64,000 nucleotides of DNA from Candidatus Omnitrophota bacterium (GTDB lineage Bacteria > Omnitrophota > Omnitrophia > Omnitrophales > Aquincolibacteriaceae): positions 600 to 64,599 of the forward strand of contig JAHFHF010000006.1 in the NCBI GenBank assembly GCA_023247055.1. The letters run 5' to 3'. The notes beneath the pieces are model-generated. The model ran no database searches. It saw only the letters and a program-made list of their open reading frames with translations, and was not told where the DNA came from. This document shows, in pieces, positions 37,101 through 52,100 of the stretch; position 1 is the stretch's first letter; the number at the start of each line of letters is the position of its first letter. Made by a program: the position numbers and the translations under genes.

Positions 37101-40100
37101 TCTCTACAAGTCGGCCAAGAACGATTTGGAATCCCTGCGGCGCTCGTACGAAAAAATTCGCGCTCAAGCCGAGGCGTTGCGTTACAAGAGTTACGCGGCC
37201 GTTACAAGTTCGTTTGTCCGCTATCTTGGAGATGCCGCCTATGCCGCGGGGCAAAAACTTGACCCCAATAAACCGGAGGACAAACCGCTGATCCGCGCGC
37301 TTCAGGAAGTCCAGGCCTTCCAGTACCGTCTGGCGGAAACAACCGGCAATGATTTGATGGACTTGTATAACGGCCTTAGCTTTGCGCGTGACAATGGGTG
37401 GGAAACCGGTCTTCAGCCGCCGGCGGACCCGATGCCTTTGACGATGGGCGCCTGGAATGATGATACCAACCCGCTGCAATTGATTGACTTTGATCATTCC
37501 AGCGCCCGGGAATTCCGCGCGAACGTCGACCGGCTCAAAATTATTTTCGAGCATTGGGGCGAACCGCTGCCTGGAACCGGCACGGGTGGTCTTGACCTAA
37601 TGCTTGATGCCAGCCAGGTTACGTTCATCGAGCAGTTACGGGCCAAGATGGATACCATGACGCGTCTGATGCATCAAAACTATCCGTATTGGCAGCTGAA
37701 GCTGGGCGACGTGCTCTCAGGCGTGCCGCATTTCTTTACCGAGGCGCGCATGCTGATCGAAGGCGCTAAAGTGTATTACCAGGAACTCAAGATCCGGGCC
37801 GCGCTTGTGCGAAGCGCGCATCAGGCCTATGCCTCCCGTCAAACCGAATTTAATGCGGCCGCTGCTCGCGCTCTCGGTGTGGACCTGAAGGACCTGGATA
37901 CGGATGGCGATGTGGATTATGACGATTTGAATGTTCTTAAAACCCGTGTGGATACGGAAGAGCAGGAGTATACCGGCACGCTGGGCTTAATGAGTGAACT
38001 GACCGCGCCCGATGTCGGCCTCGAAGCCGTGTTGAATAAACTCGAAGGCTTCTACGGCAATATGAAACCCGTGGACCGGCTTGAAAATCTGCGCCGTGAA
38101 TTCTCGGCTTTTGAAGAACGCGTGCGCATGGCCCCAACGGCTGAAGCGGCGGCGGCTGAATACGAAGCGGCTGCGCTGGTGCTGCGTGACATCACCATGC
38201 CCAATGAAGAACACTCCGTGCGTATTTCCGGTGAGCTTGACCGCGCCGCCGCGCCGGGGACTTATAATCAGGTGGCCGTGTCTTTTGCCGCACCCATGCC
38301 TGAATTCAGAGTCGGGACAACAACCTTCAAATTTCCATTCCATCTGCGTATTGGCAATGAAATCTTTGGCATGCGTGCCGGCGACCACACCGTGACGCCC
38401 GAAATCATGAACCAGGCGTTTACGTTCTATAAACTTTATGACGTGGTCGATGTGACTCTGCCGGATGGGTCGATCATCGGTTACAACCAGCCGGTCACCA
38501 CGCTGGCCGCCATGAATCCCTTTGTTTCGTATTACGATATTCCGACGGGAGAACACCGGGTCAACGTGGGACCGATCACTTACCGGCTGGATGAAGGTTT
38601 GACCGGTCTTTGGCTGCGGCTTGAAACCGAAAAAGATCAATATGTGGAAATCGCCGAAGAACAATACAGCCTCTTCATGAGCGGCAATCCCGTTTATATG
38701 GCCGTGCGCCGTGCCTATGAAGATGCGGCGGCCGCCTACGAAAGTGCCGCCAACGCCGTCACCGCCGAAGAGGAACGTGTGGCGGATGAGGAAGAGGATC
38801 GCGCGGCAGCTATCCGCCGGAGCGTTGACGCACTGATGCAAAATCAAATCACACCGCTTGGGCTGGGGATTTTCGGCACATCCGGCAGCGTTCTTTTAGA
38901 TGCGGCCGAGATCGAGCGCCGTTTGGATGAGTTCGCGAATTATGAAGCCGAGTTTGATCAATTGCAGAATGAAATCGTCCGCCTGCAAGCCATGGCTTTG
39001 GCGCCGGCCCTGACCGAGGTCAATGCCAAGGCCGCACTGGTTGCCGCCCAAGCGGCGCCGCGTAATGCTGTCAAGGCTGATCTTGAGACAGCCCACGCCC
39101 AGGCGCAATTTGCCGCGGAATTGGCCGCGGCCTTTAACGCCGCGCGCGCGGCGTTGGGAAGGGGCCAGCTTTCGTCATCCGGACTTGCTGGGCTAAGCGA
39201 GAGTGTGTTGAATGCGCGCTACAGCGGACTTTTGGCCGAGAGACTTGCTTCTGAACTGGCGCTGGCGCGCTACATGCAAATCTATGAGCGCATGAATGGT
39301 GCGGCGCGCGCGCGTCTGGATTCCATCTACGACCGCACGGCTTTGGCCGCGGATTGGCAAGCCGCATTCAGCAATTTGAACACGGCGCTGCAAACTGCGG
39401 AAGCGGCGCGGATCGCGGATGAGATTACGGCCGGAACAACGAATTTATCCGCGATTGCTGGCAATCTCAATAGCACGATTACCGCAGCGGATACGAATTT
39501 TGACAACCGTAAACTGGTGCTTGATACCGCGGCCGGAGCGGCCACGGATAACGCCACGCTCAAACCGCTGGTCGAAGGCGCGGACGGCTATATCGAAATG
39601 CGCAACAAAATCCAAGGCATGAAAGATCTTTTGGAACGCGCCCTGAATTGGTCGACGGACGCTTCTTTCGTGGCCTCCGTCACCGCCATGCTGTCGACGA
39701 TCAATGCGGATGCGGGCGCCTACGACACTGCGATCGCGATGCAAAATGTCCGCTTGGCGCATTTTGCCCTGCGTGACGGTCCGGTCACGGGCCAGCGCAA
39801 CCGGGTCGTGACGCTCAAGAACCAGGCGCAGACGATTGACACCGGCCTGCCGCCCAATCCCACGATCCAGGATGCGCGCGCGATCAATGCCGTGCTGGCA
39901 CGGGTTGCGGCCGCTGCCGGACAAATCGAAAAAATGCGCGATGAAGCGCGCGAACTTTTCCGCCGCACGGATGCGTATTATGCGGCGGTCGCGGCTTCGG
40001 GGCAGATCATTTTGGCGCCCTTGCGCGCGGATGAAATCAATGCGCTGAACGACATGAACAACCTCCTTCTCAATTTGAACACACGGCTTGCCGCGCTTGA

Positions 40101-43100
40101 AAATGACGCCTATCTGGTCGAACGCGACCGGTTGAACGGGATTAAGGCCGATCGCTTGACGGACAAAAACAACCGTTGGACGGACCTGACGGCAGCCGGC
40201 GGCCTGACGCCGATGAGCGGCAGCTATGAGAATTACTACGCCAACCATGATCTGGTGCGCGCCCTGCGTGAGGAGACCGACGCAGAAGCCGTGGCCGGTG
40301 AGAAAGTTAAGGAACAACGCGACATCGTGACAGTTCAGCTTGTTGCTCGCGCCGACGCTCTGCGCGCTTCGATGCAGGCTGTTATTCAAAGCCAGCTTGA
40401 GCCGCTGCTTGCGGGCCTTCTCGATGTCAACGGCGTGCCCGTGCTTTCCGAAGCGGAGTTGACTCTGCGCATGGGGCAAGCTCGCACCAAACGCGCTGAC
40501 TTTGAGGCCCTGCGCGATGAGTTGAACCGGATTAAAACCTATCTGCCTGACGATGCCCGGGAAGATTTTCAGGTTTATCTGAATGCCGCTTCGACTTTTG
40601 GCCTGCGGGTCGATGAGATTTTGACTCAGCTGGCGGATGCGCTCAACTATGAAGTGCATGCGGATGGTGCGCGCGCAGCGATGAGCGCCGCTGCGGCCGC
40701 TGCGGCCAGCGCTTCAGTGCGGATCGGCGGCCTGAATTTGACTGCGCTTTCGGATGCGGCTTTGGGCAATCTGCGCTCGGGGCTTTTGAGCGACCGCGCC
40801 AATCTTGAAGCCGCCCTGCTCAACTATGAGCGCCTATTCGCCACAGCCACGGGCGCCAGCCAGAACCGTCTGGCCAGCATCTATAACACCGCGTCCCTGC
40901 GGGCGGCCTTTAACAGCATGTTTAATGCACTTGATGCCGAACTGGCACGCCGCGAACAGATTTTGATTCAAGCGGCGCTGACAAGTATGCCGCCTGCGCT
41001 CACGGCAGCCACATTGGCTGCCAATACGGCCGCCACGATTGCCAATTGGAAAGCTGATTTTACAACTCGCCTAGGCCTGTTGGAAAGCGCCTTCCAGACG
41101 GCCTCTACGGGTGCGGCCATGAATCTAGTCATTCTGAATGCGGCGGCAGATGATTTGACGGACCTTCTGCTGGATGCCGAAGAAGCGCGCCGCGCCGTCA
41201 CGCGCATGCCAGCCTGGGTGGCCGAAAGACCGCTGACGGAAACAGCGGCATTCCGCAATGAAGTCACAGCCGGTGCAGAAGAGATCGGCTTCCTGCTTCA
41301 GCGCATCACGGCCAAAATGCTGGGCATGAACAAAATTGCCGGTTATCAGACCATGAAGGAAGGCGAACTCAGCGCGAATCTTACGGTCGTTCAGGCCGCT
41401 AAAGCCGAGGTTGATGCGCTTGAGGCGGCCTTGTTAGCAGTGCCTGCTGCGGATGCGCCCGTCACGGACCTGGATCGCGCGCGCGTGGAAGGGGAGATTG
41501 CCTTGAAGGCCATGCATCTGCAATGGTCACTGGCCGAAGAGCGCCTGCGCGCCTCGCGCGAATTGCAGCTTGGCGCCGGCGCCGCCGCCGCGGGCTATAC
41601 GGCCCCGTCGGTTTCTGACCAGGATACGGCCTTGCTTGGCATCATGCAGGCTGCCGGCCGCCTGTCCACGCGCCTGGCCGACCTAGATAAACGCCGCGAA
41701 CTCAAAGCGCTGGAAGAAGCCCGGCGCAAACAGTATGAGGCTGCGCTCAAAGTCCAGGAAGCCAAAGACCGGGTCAATGGCGACTCGGTACTCTACTGGT
41801 TCCAGACGGTCCATGACATGGCCTATCAATCCCTGCAGGAAACCCGCGATCTCAAGCGTGCCTTTGAAAATGCCTTTGCCGCCATGCGCGTCTCGTTTGA
41901 AAACATGCGCGCCAAAGTGCAGGCTGAAAACGAAATTCAGAAAAAAGCCAAAGATCTGTCCGAGGAACTCAAGGCGCATGCACAAATTGTCAACCAACTT
42001 GTCTTTGACTTGTCACTCTTGGAAAATTTCGGTGAGATCGTGACCGATCCCGACAACGCCAACTTCTCCCATGTGGATTTGGCGGATAACGCCCAAATCC
42101 TGCTGCGTCAGATCAACGAATATACGGGCGGGCTGGGCGACGGCAAGAAGGGCCTGATCGATGACTATCAAGACATCAAGGCCATGGCCGAGTCTCAGCC
42201 GGAAAATATCGAATTGCAGCGAATTTTGAAAGACGTGGAACCGACCGCGCTTGACGCCATGGCCATTCAGCGCGTACTCAGCGACCTCTTTGGCGTGATG
42301 AGCGCCTACAGCCGTTCGGTCCAGCATCAGGAACTAGCGCGCGCAGCCATCGAAGCCGAGAAACAGTTGATGGCGCTTTTTGAAAATGAAACCGACGACG
42401 GCGCCAAGGCGGCTTACTTTGACCTCTTCCAGCAGGCGGAAGGCAAACGCCAGGAAGCGATGAATCTGTCCATGTCAGAAGCGCGCGGCATTCTGGGGAA
42501 CCTGGACCAATTGCGCGAGTACGTCGATAACTCCGACCCGTTCCTGAAAGAAAACTATCCGTCGCTTCTGACGGCCGACAAGCTGCGCATCGTCAGCCTG
42601 CTTGAAAAAATCATCGGCAGTGCAAACCTGTTGTCTCTCTCCAACGGCACGGGCGTTGAGACACCATTGGGCTCAGTCGTCGATGTGGAACACCGTCTTG
42701 ATCTGGTGACGCGCCTGCGCAATAACCGGGGTTTGAGCAACGCGCCGCAGACGGAATCCGGCAGCGCGATGACGAATGTTGAAAATTTTAAATTTAATTT
42801 TAAAAATGACGTCATTCCAGCCGGATTCCCGATTCAGAACAATACTGTCTATGAATGGTTCCCGGCACCCGCAACGCCGCCGGCCGTCACGCCCAAGTGG
42901 TACGACCTTCAAGCCGGTTCAATTAATTTCTCGGCTCCGGCTTCAAATTTTGTACCTGGCCAGGCGTATGTGATTATGCGCTATGTCAAGCATCCGACCC
43001 GCTATAGACCGTGGAACGGTGTGGGTCCGGAACCGATTCATGAAGACGAGGAATTCCTCTACCGTGTCGTCACATTCTTGCGTGAGCCGTCGGACGACAA

Positions 43101-46100
43101 ACCGGGTGAGATGGTGACGATTCTGCAGCAGCCTGAGAGAAAGCTGATTCCCGATCCCTCTAACCCAGCGGAAAAAATTGTCGGCACGAAGTGGGGGACG
43201 GTCGGTACGCCGCGCACTGACGCTATCAACAAATATGTGCCGGGTGTGATTCTTGAGGGTTCATCCACGACCACGCCGCCGGTCGCAGAGCCGCAATGGA
43301 CCGGTAAGTCAGCGGATGTGGCCAAGGATGAAAATAATCAATTTGTCGTGGTCGTTGACGGCAAGATTTATCGTCAATCGGCCGCTCAGGTGACGTTGAT
43401 CAGCGACAACCGCTATACACCCGGCGGAGATGGCAAACTGACGCTTCAAATTTTAGTGACCGAGGGCACGGCCATTTCCTGGAAACAGCTTGTGATTATG
43501 CCCGAGGCTTTCCGTGGTGAATTTAAAGGCGACATCAAAACCATTTTAGGAGCCAAGGACGCGCATGACCGTCTGCTCAAGGCCATGTTCGGCGCCACGG
43601 GTACGGCGGCCAATCCGGCCACGCCCGACGGCATCGGCGGACTACGCGGGGATGCTTTCCGGCGCACGGGCGGCGTCGAGTTTTTTGAGACACAAAAATT
43701 TATCCTGGATACGCCGCGTGAGATTTTCAAAAATACAAAGCTTATTGAGAATCCGCCTAACACTACGCCCAATCTGGTCACAAGCCTGCAGCTTGCGTCC
43801 GTACCGGTGACAATCAACGGGATTAATTCAATGGTTATCCAGCCCGCGCTTACGAGCGCTCTGCATCAATTTTTCCCGGTTCCCACCGGCTATGCGGTGC
43901 GCGAAGATTTGGATATCAGTTTGTTGGACAACGGCAATTTTAAAACGACCGCGTTGTTTGACCCTGACCTCAACGATTTAGAGGTTACGGTGGAGCGTGA
44001 TCCGCTCACATTAGACCCGCGGCGCGTCTCTGTTCCAGGGCTGGGAACTTTCGACGTCAAAGTGGTGCCAGGTTATGCGAATACGAACGAAATCGACAAT
44101 AGCAATTTCCACCAGTTCCAGGCGATCTACGATGTCGGTACCTTGAGCGCACCCGGCGGCAGCGGCAAACTCTATCTCTACCTGCCGGTTCATGTGGGCG
44201 AAATCTTCGCCGATGTCAATGGCGACGGCTATCTGGGGCTCGAGACCGATCCGGAACTGATGGTCTGGCAGGACGGCCAGCTTGTGGACATCAAGGCCAG
44301 AGACACGGCGTCGACAACCGCCACGCCTCCCGGCTTGGGGACACCGATTTCGCAGTACAAATTTGGGATTGGGGTTGCTCCGGATAAAGTAACGCTTAGT
44401 TCTTACCTGCCGTGGATGAATGTGGCGGCGACGACCCTAAGGTCGGTTCAGCCGGGAACTTCAGCGATGGTGACGAACTTGGTGGAAATTCAGGGGCGCT
44501 TGTTTAGCTTCTCCGACGGGACGTTGCGGAGTGAAGTGGCGCTTAACAGCACGGATACGCAGTATGTTCTGCTTATGCCAACACTTGCGGATCCCCAGCA
44601 TACAGAAACGGTGGTGATTCAGCATAACGCGGTCAATACCGCAGCGGTTAATTTTGCAGCCGCGGTAACGCGCGATGGCACCGGCATTGAAGACTTTACG
44701 TACAAGGGCGTGCAGGATGCCTGGGATCCAACATTCCTGCATCGCAAAGTGACGTCTGCCATGGCCGCGGATTATCGGTTGGCGGTGCCAGGAACGGTCA
44801 CGTTTGAAGGCGACACGGTCAATTATAACGTTCTCAAGCACGTTGAAGTGACATATGAACTGGAAAATGGCGAAACATTCACGAGCCGGGGAGAAACTAC
44901 CGGGTTTGTGAGTGATGCGAGCAGCAACATCCTCGTGGGAACGGCCGCGAATCCCGTGACCTATACGGCACTTTCAACCACCCAAGTCCAGCTTTGCCAG
45001 GGACCGACCGTTCCGCCGGTTTGCCAGACGTTCAATGCGCGGGTTTTAAATCGCACCTACTTCGTCGAAAGCCAGTCCGGCCACAAGGCCGGTATGATGA
45101 CGTTCGGTGCCGTGACCTTGAAAAATTTGAATAGCGATGCAGCGGTGGTTATGGGCGGCATCCTGGCCAACATGGCTAATTCCGGCGGCAATGAAATGGA
45201 TCGCGAGACCGATATTGCCGAATTGATTGCGAATTCCCAGCATGTCAGTTCCTTGCGTGCATCCATGACCCAGGCTGAAACAGAGTACCAACAGGCGGCG
45301 GACCGCTACGAAGCAGCCTTTAAAATGTGGAAAGAGTATGAACGGCAAACAGGTTTGCCCGCAGCTTGGGGCGGAATTCAACAAACCGAAGAACAGGCCC
45401 TTCTGATCGACCCTGTAACCGGGCTGCCGACGACAGGGCTTATCCGTTTTGGCACGTACGAATATCTGCAGCAGACCAAGCGCGATTATCTGCTGGCCAA
45501 ACAAGAAAAAGAATTGCTCGAGCAGGAGCAAGCTTCGCTCTTGCGCCTAATCAAGACCAAAATAGATGAGTTCAAACGCGCAGACGAGCGTTATCAAGCC
45601 ATGCAAAACCTGCTCAATGAAGCCAAGGCCGTGGAACAGCTTTTGCGCTACTACATCGGCAATGACGATATGCAGTCGTCGACGTATGACCCCAATTACC
45701 TGGTGCCACCTCTGGGACCGGCCCTGCTGCCGACACAGGACTATGTTTCAACGGATGTGGAGTTTCAGTCTTTCATCGACGCGCGCAATTTGAATACGTT
45801 GACGGGCACGAACACGGGTCAGGAGTTTCAGGGCTGGATTGCCCAGGAAACCATCCGCGCGGCCATGAAGATCTGGCCCAAGAGCACCTGGGACACATCG
45901 GTGTTTACTCCCAATCCATTTCCCGGGGGCGGCTTAGAGGCGTATCTCATCCCGCAAATGATTCCGGATTCGCAGCAGCGTTATATGTACGGCAATTACA
46001 CAACGGCTGACGATGCTGCCCATGATTTTAACAACGCGGGCTTCTTTGCGCGCACGGGCGTCAATACGATTGATTACCACTATAGACCGGGGCTGGTGGA

Positions 46101-49100
46101 TCTGTTGGATGAAGTGGTGGGTATGGGGCCGCTCAATCCAGTGGCTGGCACGGCCTTGCCGCCCAGCGTATCCGATGTCAATCTTAAAAAATTGGATCTT
46201 AATTTGATTCCTTATGGAGAGTTAGACATGCTCATGTTTGACGAAAGTGTGCGCGAGCAAGTCCGGCTTGAGGGCGGCATTACCCAAAACGGAACGCGTT
46301 CCAACAATAGCTTAATCGAGGGGGTGGATGTCACGGCGAATAGGGGCACGCAAGCGGTGCTGGAACGCGTGGTCTACGGAGGGATTGCTGATTTGAGAAG
46401 CATCTACAAAGAATACCTGGATCTGCTCGTGGCCGGCAGCCTGCGTCTGGCTTCCGATGGGCGCCAAGACAAAACCGGCCACGGCGCCAGCGCGCTGGCG
46501 CTTTTGGAAAATATGTTCCGGGTCTTTAATAACCGGACCAGTCTCGGTCAATTTCCCTCCAGCATGGCGCCGTTGGCGGTTTATCAGAACCCGCCGGCAA
46601 ATTCGGAATTTTTGACAGGCGATCCCTCGGATGGTCCGGAAAAGGGCGGCAAAATGATCATCAGCCTGCCTAAGGAATTTACGGGCGATTTCAACAACTC
46701 CGCGGACAAAACGCATAACGGCACCTTAGACAGCAACGAATACATAAATTTGCCCGGAGAAATAACGGATAGGGACAAAGTCGTCATTGATTTGGAATGG
46801 ACGGGCTATCGCACAGAAACCATGGCGGGTACCAGCGCCGATGAAGCCGCTACGGGGCAAAATAAAGTGGATTTGGTTGATCGATTTTTTATCAAGCATA
46901 TCAGCTGGCATTCGGCGGACAATAAGCTATACGATTATTACTTTCTTCCGAAAGACGATCCGTTCCGCGGTACCGACCTCCCGGATGGTACGCTTCGCTT
47001 TTTTGACCCGCTCGGCGTCGAGCCCGGCAAGCCGGTCACGTTTAACATTTACATCCCCGATCCCTCTGCTGTGGCCGGTGCGGATAGGGCCAAAGACATC
47101 AAGCGTGCGTATTCGGTCTATGTGGACATCAAAAAAATGGATACGCATCCGGTCACGAGCCAACCCTTGCCTTCGGCTACAAAATTTTACGATGTCCAAT
47201 TCCGCCACGCTGACGGGCTGGTCCAGCAGATTCAGAACCTTATCGACAATCCCACGGCTCCCTCGGTGATCGAAAAAGACCGGGTCATGATCTTTGACGA
47301 AAATGATCCGACGATCTACCGGCTGGATGAAAACAATCCCGCGCATAGCCCGGTGAAAATGGAATTGGCCGAGCGCCGCACCCAGCTTGCGGACGAGATC
47401 AGCGGGCTTCTTGAAAAATACCGCGGTCTCTACGGCGGCAGCGACCTAAACGCCGAGGATACGGCTTTTAGCGACCAGGAAAATGCTGCTTTGGTAGCGA
47501 TCATCGGAAGCTTGGATTTGACGGCCCCGGTAGTCGGCGGCAATACGGTGCCCTCACGATTGATGGACGCGCAGACTAGCTATGCTGCCAAGCAGGATGA
47601 GTTTCTAAAAGCTGTTGCGATTGAATCTAAAACCCGTGTCCAGCTTGAAGATCAAGATGCCAAGTTCAAAGCCGCCAAAGATAAATACGAGGACATGCTC
47701 AAGCAATACCGTGCCGCGCAGGAAGATGCAGCCATGATTGCGGCCCGTCAGTTCGCAGATCCGGTCAAAGAAGCCCTGCGCGCGGATTGGAAGAGCAAAG
47801 AAACGACGGCGCTGGATCTGGAAAGGCAGTTACGCCTGGCTCAATCGAATCCCGATGTGCAGTCCGAGGACGTGCAGGCACTGGAGCAGCAGGCCATTAC
47901 GGCGCGTACGTCTGCGGATACGGCTCATAGCGCTTTTAATGACTACGTCAATGTTTACCTGGCCAAGGCCGAAGAGTTTAATAAGCGCGTGACTCTGCGC
48001 GCGCAGGAAGATATGGAGACCGCGCGCGATGCCTACCGTGACCTGGAAGAGGAATTTTTGAAAGGCCGCCAGGCGCTTGAGACGATGCGAGTCAGCCAAT
48101 ACAGCAATGAAGCCCTGCAAGACAAATACCGCAATGGCTTTGAACAGGCCCAGTACATGATTTCCAATCGCGATGAAGAACAGTTTACGCTGAAGTACGG
48201 GGCGCGTCAGGCGGAGAGCGCGGCATCTTTCGGCCGCAATCAAATTGAAACCGCGATTCAGGGCGCTGTCGATCAGATCGACCGCGTGCGCGATGCCGTG
48301 CAGGGCATCACCGCTGATTTTGAAAAATTGGCCGATGCTTCCGAAAAACAAACCTTGATGCAAACCCGGCTGCAGCCTGCGCTGGATAAGGCTGAACAGA
48401 CGGCTGACATTTATGAAGCCGCCGCGCAAGTGGAGTATGACGAGGCGCTCTACTGGATGGGCGCCAATAACAGTTTGCGATCCATTCTGGCGTATTCGGA
48501 AACAACGGTTTTTCCGCCTACGGGGGTGGGGACGGTCATCCGCATTCCAGGCTCCAATCCGCCGGTGAATGTAGCAGTCCGGTACGATGAACAGCTCAAG
48601 GTTTTCTGTTTTGAAAATCTTTGCAATGCCGGCGGCCAGCTCATGCTGGATGGCGGTAGTGTGCAATACGGCGGCAAGTCTTACAAAGTCAATTTGAACG
48701 GCAGTAAAGCTAAAGGCGGTTATATTGAACTGACCGCGCCTGATCCGGACATGATCCGCGGCGTTTTTGATATCGGCGACAGCAAACGCCAGGATTATTT
48801 CAGCCTCCAGAACCGGGAGATTGCATTGACCCGTGAAAAGATGATGCTCGAGGAAGAGGCCGCCATCCGCGATGCGGAAATCGCCGGGAATCTTGCCAAA
48901 GTGCAGGCACTGCTTGCGGCTTATAACACGGCCAATGCCAATAGTGATCTCTCGCAGGCCGACAAAGACCGGGCCTATCAGCTCTGGAAATCAGCCCGGG
49001 AGCAGCTCAATGAACTCTACATCCAGCGCTTCGGCGTCTTTGATCAGTCGCCTGCGCCGCCAACGGCAGCCTATCAAGATCCTCGAACATTAACAGCCGT

Positions 49101-52100
49101 TCTGTGCTCTGACGCCGAGTGGATTGGCCGCTGCAACAGTCTTGCGCAGAGTATTTACCGCCGTTTGGACGACGTCACCACGCAGCTTACAAGCGTCGCA
49201 ACCCTCAAGACCCAGGCGACGAACAATTACAATACGGCGCTGACCCAATTGGGCGGGTTGAGCGATGCTCCGACAGTGCTCAGTACGCGCGATCAACTAT
49301 TCGATGTTTTGGTTAATCTTCCGGATAGTCTCGCGCGGCGGCAAGCTGAGTCCATGGCCGCGAGTTTTGCCTATGGCATGGACAGTGCCGGTTGGGACGA
49401 TAGCATTGTCGCGCTATGTCCGGCGGGCTCTACGGATGATGAAATTGACATCGATTGCGTGCGCCGGGATTCCAAAGGCAAGATTATGACGGATATCCAT
49501 GGAAATGTGATGTACATTCCGTTTGAAAAGAATGCTGTCGGGTATGTGGAGGGTGCCCGCAAAACTGCCTGGTACAATTTTTACAAAGAAGAAGCGGCCA
49601 TGCGCGATTTTGAACTGCGCAAGTCGTTTGTCGAAGAAGCCCTGAAAGGCGTCAATGCGCAGCTTGAAGAAATCATCAAAGCCAAGTTGACGGTGGAACA
49701 GGAGATTCAGGATGTTCTGAAGGGTTCGAATCAAAAGACTTCGACCACTCCGGCCCAGGCGATTAATTTCTATTTTAATCCAGCAGATCCGCTTGCCTTT
49801 GTGGGCCCGGTGCAGCCTTGGGAAGTGGTCTCGCCCTATTTCTATGAGAGTGCCAATGCCAAGACGTACTATGAAGCCGAACTTGATCCGCGGGTCCAAA
49901 AATTAATGCGGTTGATCAAACCGGACACCGGAGTGGCGCTGGGAACTCCATCGCTTGACGCCGCAGGCGTTATTTTTCAAGCGCTTACGGATTTGCGTCA
50001 AAGACAGCAAAATTTACAGAACGAACTTAAAACACTTTATAACGGCTGGAATTATCAGGTGCCGGTTTTGGCCAACCGGGACCCCGGCGCGTCGACCGGA
50101 GTTGAACTTTACCGGGAATGGAATATGGCCGCGCCGAATGGCTCTGCCGGATGGTCCACGGCCTGGGATGCGGCGGCGACCTGGACGGAGTGGGAGCACC
50201 GCAATCAGGCTGAAGACACGGCGCGCATTGCAGCGTTAGAGTCGCAATATGTGGGGAGTCATCCGGATGTGATAGCGGCCCGAAACAGCGCCGGTGGGAC
50301 TGAAGGTTTTGCCGCCATTGCTAAACAAAACGAACGCAAATCCATGGTCCGATCCGAAATCGAAGAGACCCTCTTGGCCGGCGTTGAGACCGACCAGCGG
50401 CGTCTGGAAGCCGCGCTGGATAAACTTACGGTGGTGCGCGACACCATGACCGACGAAATGAAAGTGCTGAACCTTGAATTGATTCAGCAGAGAGAAAAAC
50501 TCAAAGAGAAAACTAATCTGTATAACCCGGCCTATGGGGTCGGAACGGCACCGGCCGGCGTTCTGCAAAACAACTGGGAAACCACGGCTAAGAATCTTGG
50601 GTTTGATTTTGAAAAAGATCAAAGCGATTACGTGGCGGCGCGGCTGGCGCTGATGACGGCGTTCTGCGGCGGGGTGAACTGTCCGGATACGCTCAGCGCG
50701 TTTACGGGCGCCCCTAAACTTTCGGTTCTTAAAAGTGTTTTGGACGGCTTGGCCTCGACAAACCGGCCGCTCTGGAACCAGCTCAAGGGTAATTTTGAAG
50801 CGTTGAAAAACTATTTTATGAGCGTGATTATGATTACGTCGCCGGCTGTCAGCGCAACGGTCAGCAGCGCCGACCTGGCTCTGAATGGGCTCACTTACGA
50901 TTGGACGGCGATCCTGCCGGCGCGCGGCAAACTGGAACTTGCCAATTTTGCCGTGCTCTATCTGCGCAGCTATCTGGATACGGCTCCCGACCGTACCACG
51001 AATGAATATGCCCAAGCGCAGCTTGAAATCACCAGCTTGCTTTCCGCGCGCGCTGCCGCTGCAGCAGAAGTGGACCGGCTAACGGATGATTTGGCGGCTT
51101 TGCGCTCTCAGATGTCAGAAACGGACTCTCAGATTTCGGGAATCAATCTCAAAATCAGCGAATTGGAAGAAACCTACAAACGCATCGGCGGTAAGCCGTC
51201 GCCGGTGGGCGGTGTCATACCGGCCGCCGACATGCATTTCTATAAACGAGCCTTTGTGGAAGCCTTGATCAAGGAAAACAGAGTCCGTATCGACGCAGTC
51301 AAGACGGCCTATGTCATGCCCCAGCAGGCGGCTTTGACTGCGGCCCAGACCGCGCATGCCGCGGATCAGGATACGCGCGATGAGTGGGTTGCTGAATCGG
51401 ATGTTTTATCCGCCTTCCTGATAGCGGACAGCGACAAACAGAAATTACTGCTGGATGCAGGCCAAATGCGCAAATTCAATACGCGCCTGGGACGTGATGC
51501 GGCTAAAGGCGAGAGCCATTTAATTAAAACCGAACAAGAAGTCCAGAAGCTGATCAGCCAGGCCGGCCTGGCCCGCAACCTTTATGCGGCTGCAGGCGAG
51601 GGCCTGCAGCAGGCATTCGCGTTCCGCAATATCGGCGGCATCAATCCCGAAGCTTTGCGCAAATTCTTCAACCGCTTGTCGACGCCGCAGATGAACATCG
51701 AATACTTGTTTGACCGTTCCAAAGCCATGGCCGCGGCCGCCAATAAACTACTCGAACTTGCGCTCAACAAGCAGGTGGTCAAAGATTCATTGGCGATGCG
51801 CATGTTCGCAGATTTGATCCGTTATGCTGCGCGCGAAACCGCCGGTGCTGGCATTTTCCTCGATCAGATGATCGCTTCCGAAGGCTCGATTAGTCTGTCT
51901 TTTGCCTTGCTGGATGCGATTGCCCAGCGCTTTGATCCTAATTTTCTGCACATCCTTGATATTCAAGAAAAATATTTCCAGGCCTTGGAAGAAGAAAAAC
52001 AGCGCCGGCGCCTTGAAAAAGAAGCTGAGGTGCGTTTGCGCAATCAGCTTAAAGACCTGGCTAAAAAACCGGCCGAAATTAAATTCCAAATGGAAAAATT

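Larger units (their letters stand above)
24481..42640 (+). other. Ala/Leu/Gln/Glu/Arg-rich low-complexity region of about 6,000 aa, predicted to be predominantly alpha-helical. It is a candidate extended stalk or coiled-coil.
   Basis: Continuous translation, for example SEAALAELEARAAAAVDAGEARAIERAAQG..., LAQMPANTAALQAQETLRGAQSRLDQALETLTQSLHEAQAAENG... and AKAEVDALEAALLAVPAADAPVTDLDRARVEGEIALKAMHLQWSLAEERLRASRELQ. The stretch has almost no Pro/Gly-rich turns and no Cys. Small non-helical islands sit at about 37,300-37,560 and 38,260-38,660. Confidence 0.55.

Noticed and set aside
24481-42640. Several separate genes, for example a dockerin protein, a helical protein and a C-terminal enzyme, rather than one.
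   Set aside because: There is no stop codon anywhere in frame 1, and I saw no intergenic gaps or start-site context (RBS plus ATG after a stop). Module boundaries are bridged by in-frame linkers.
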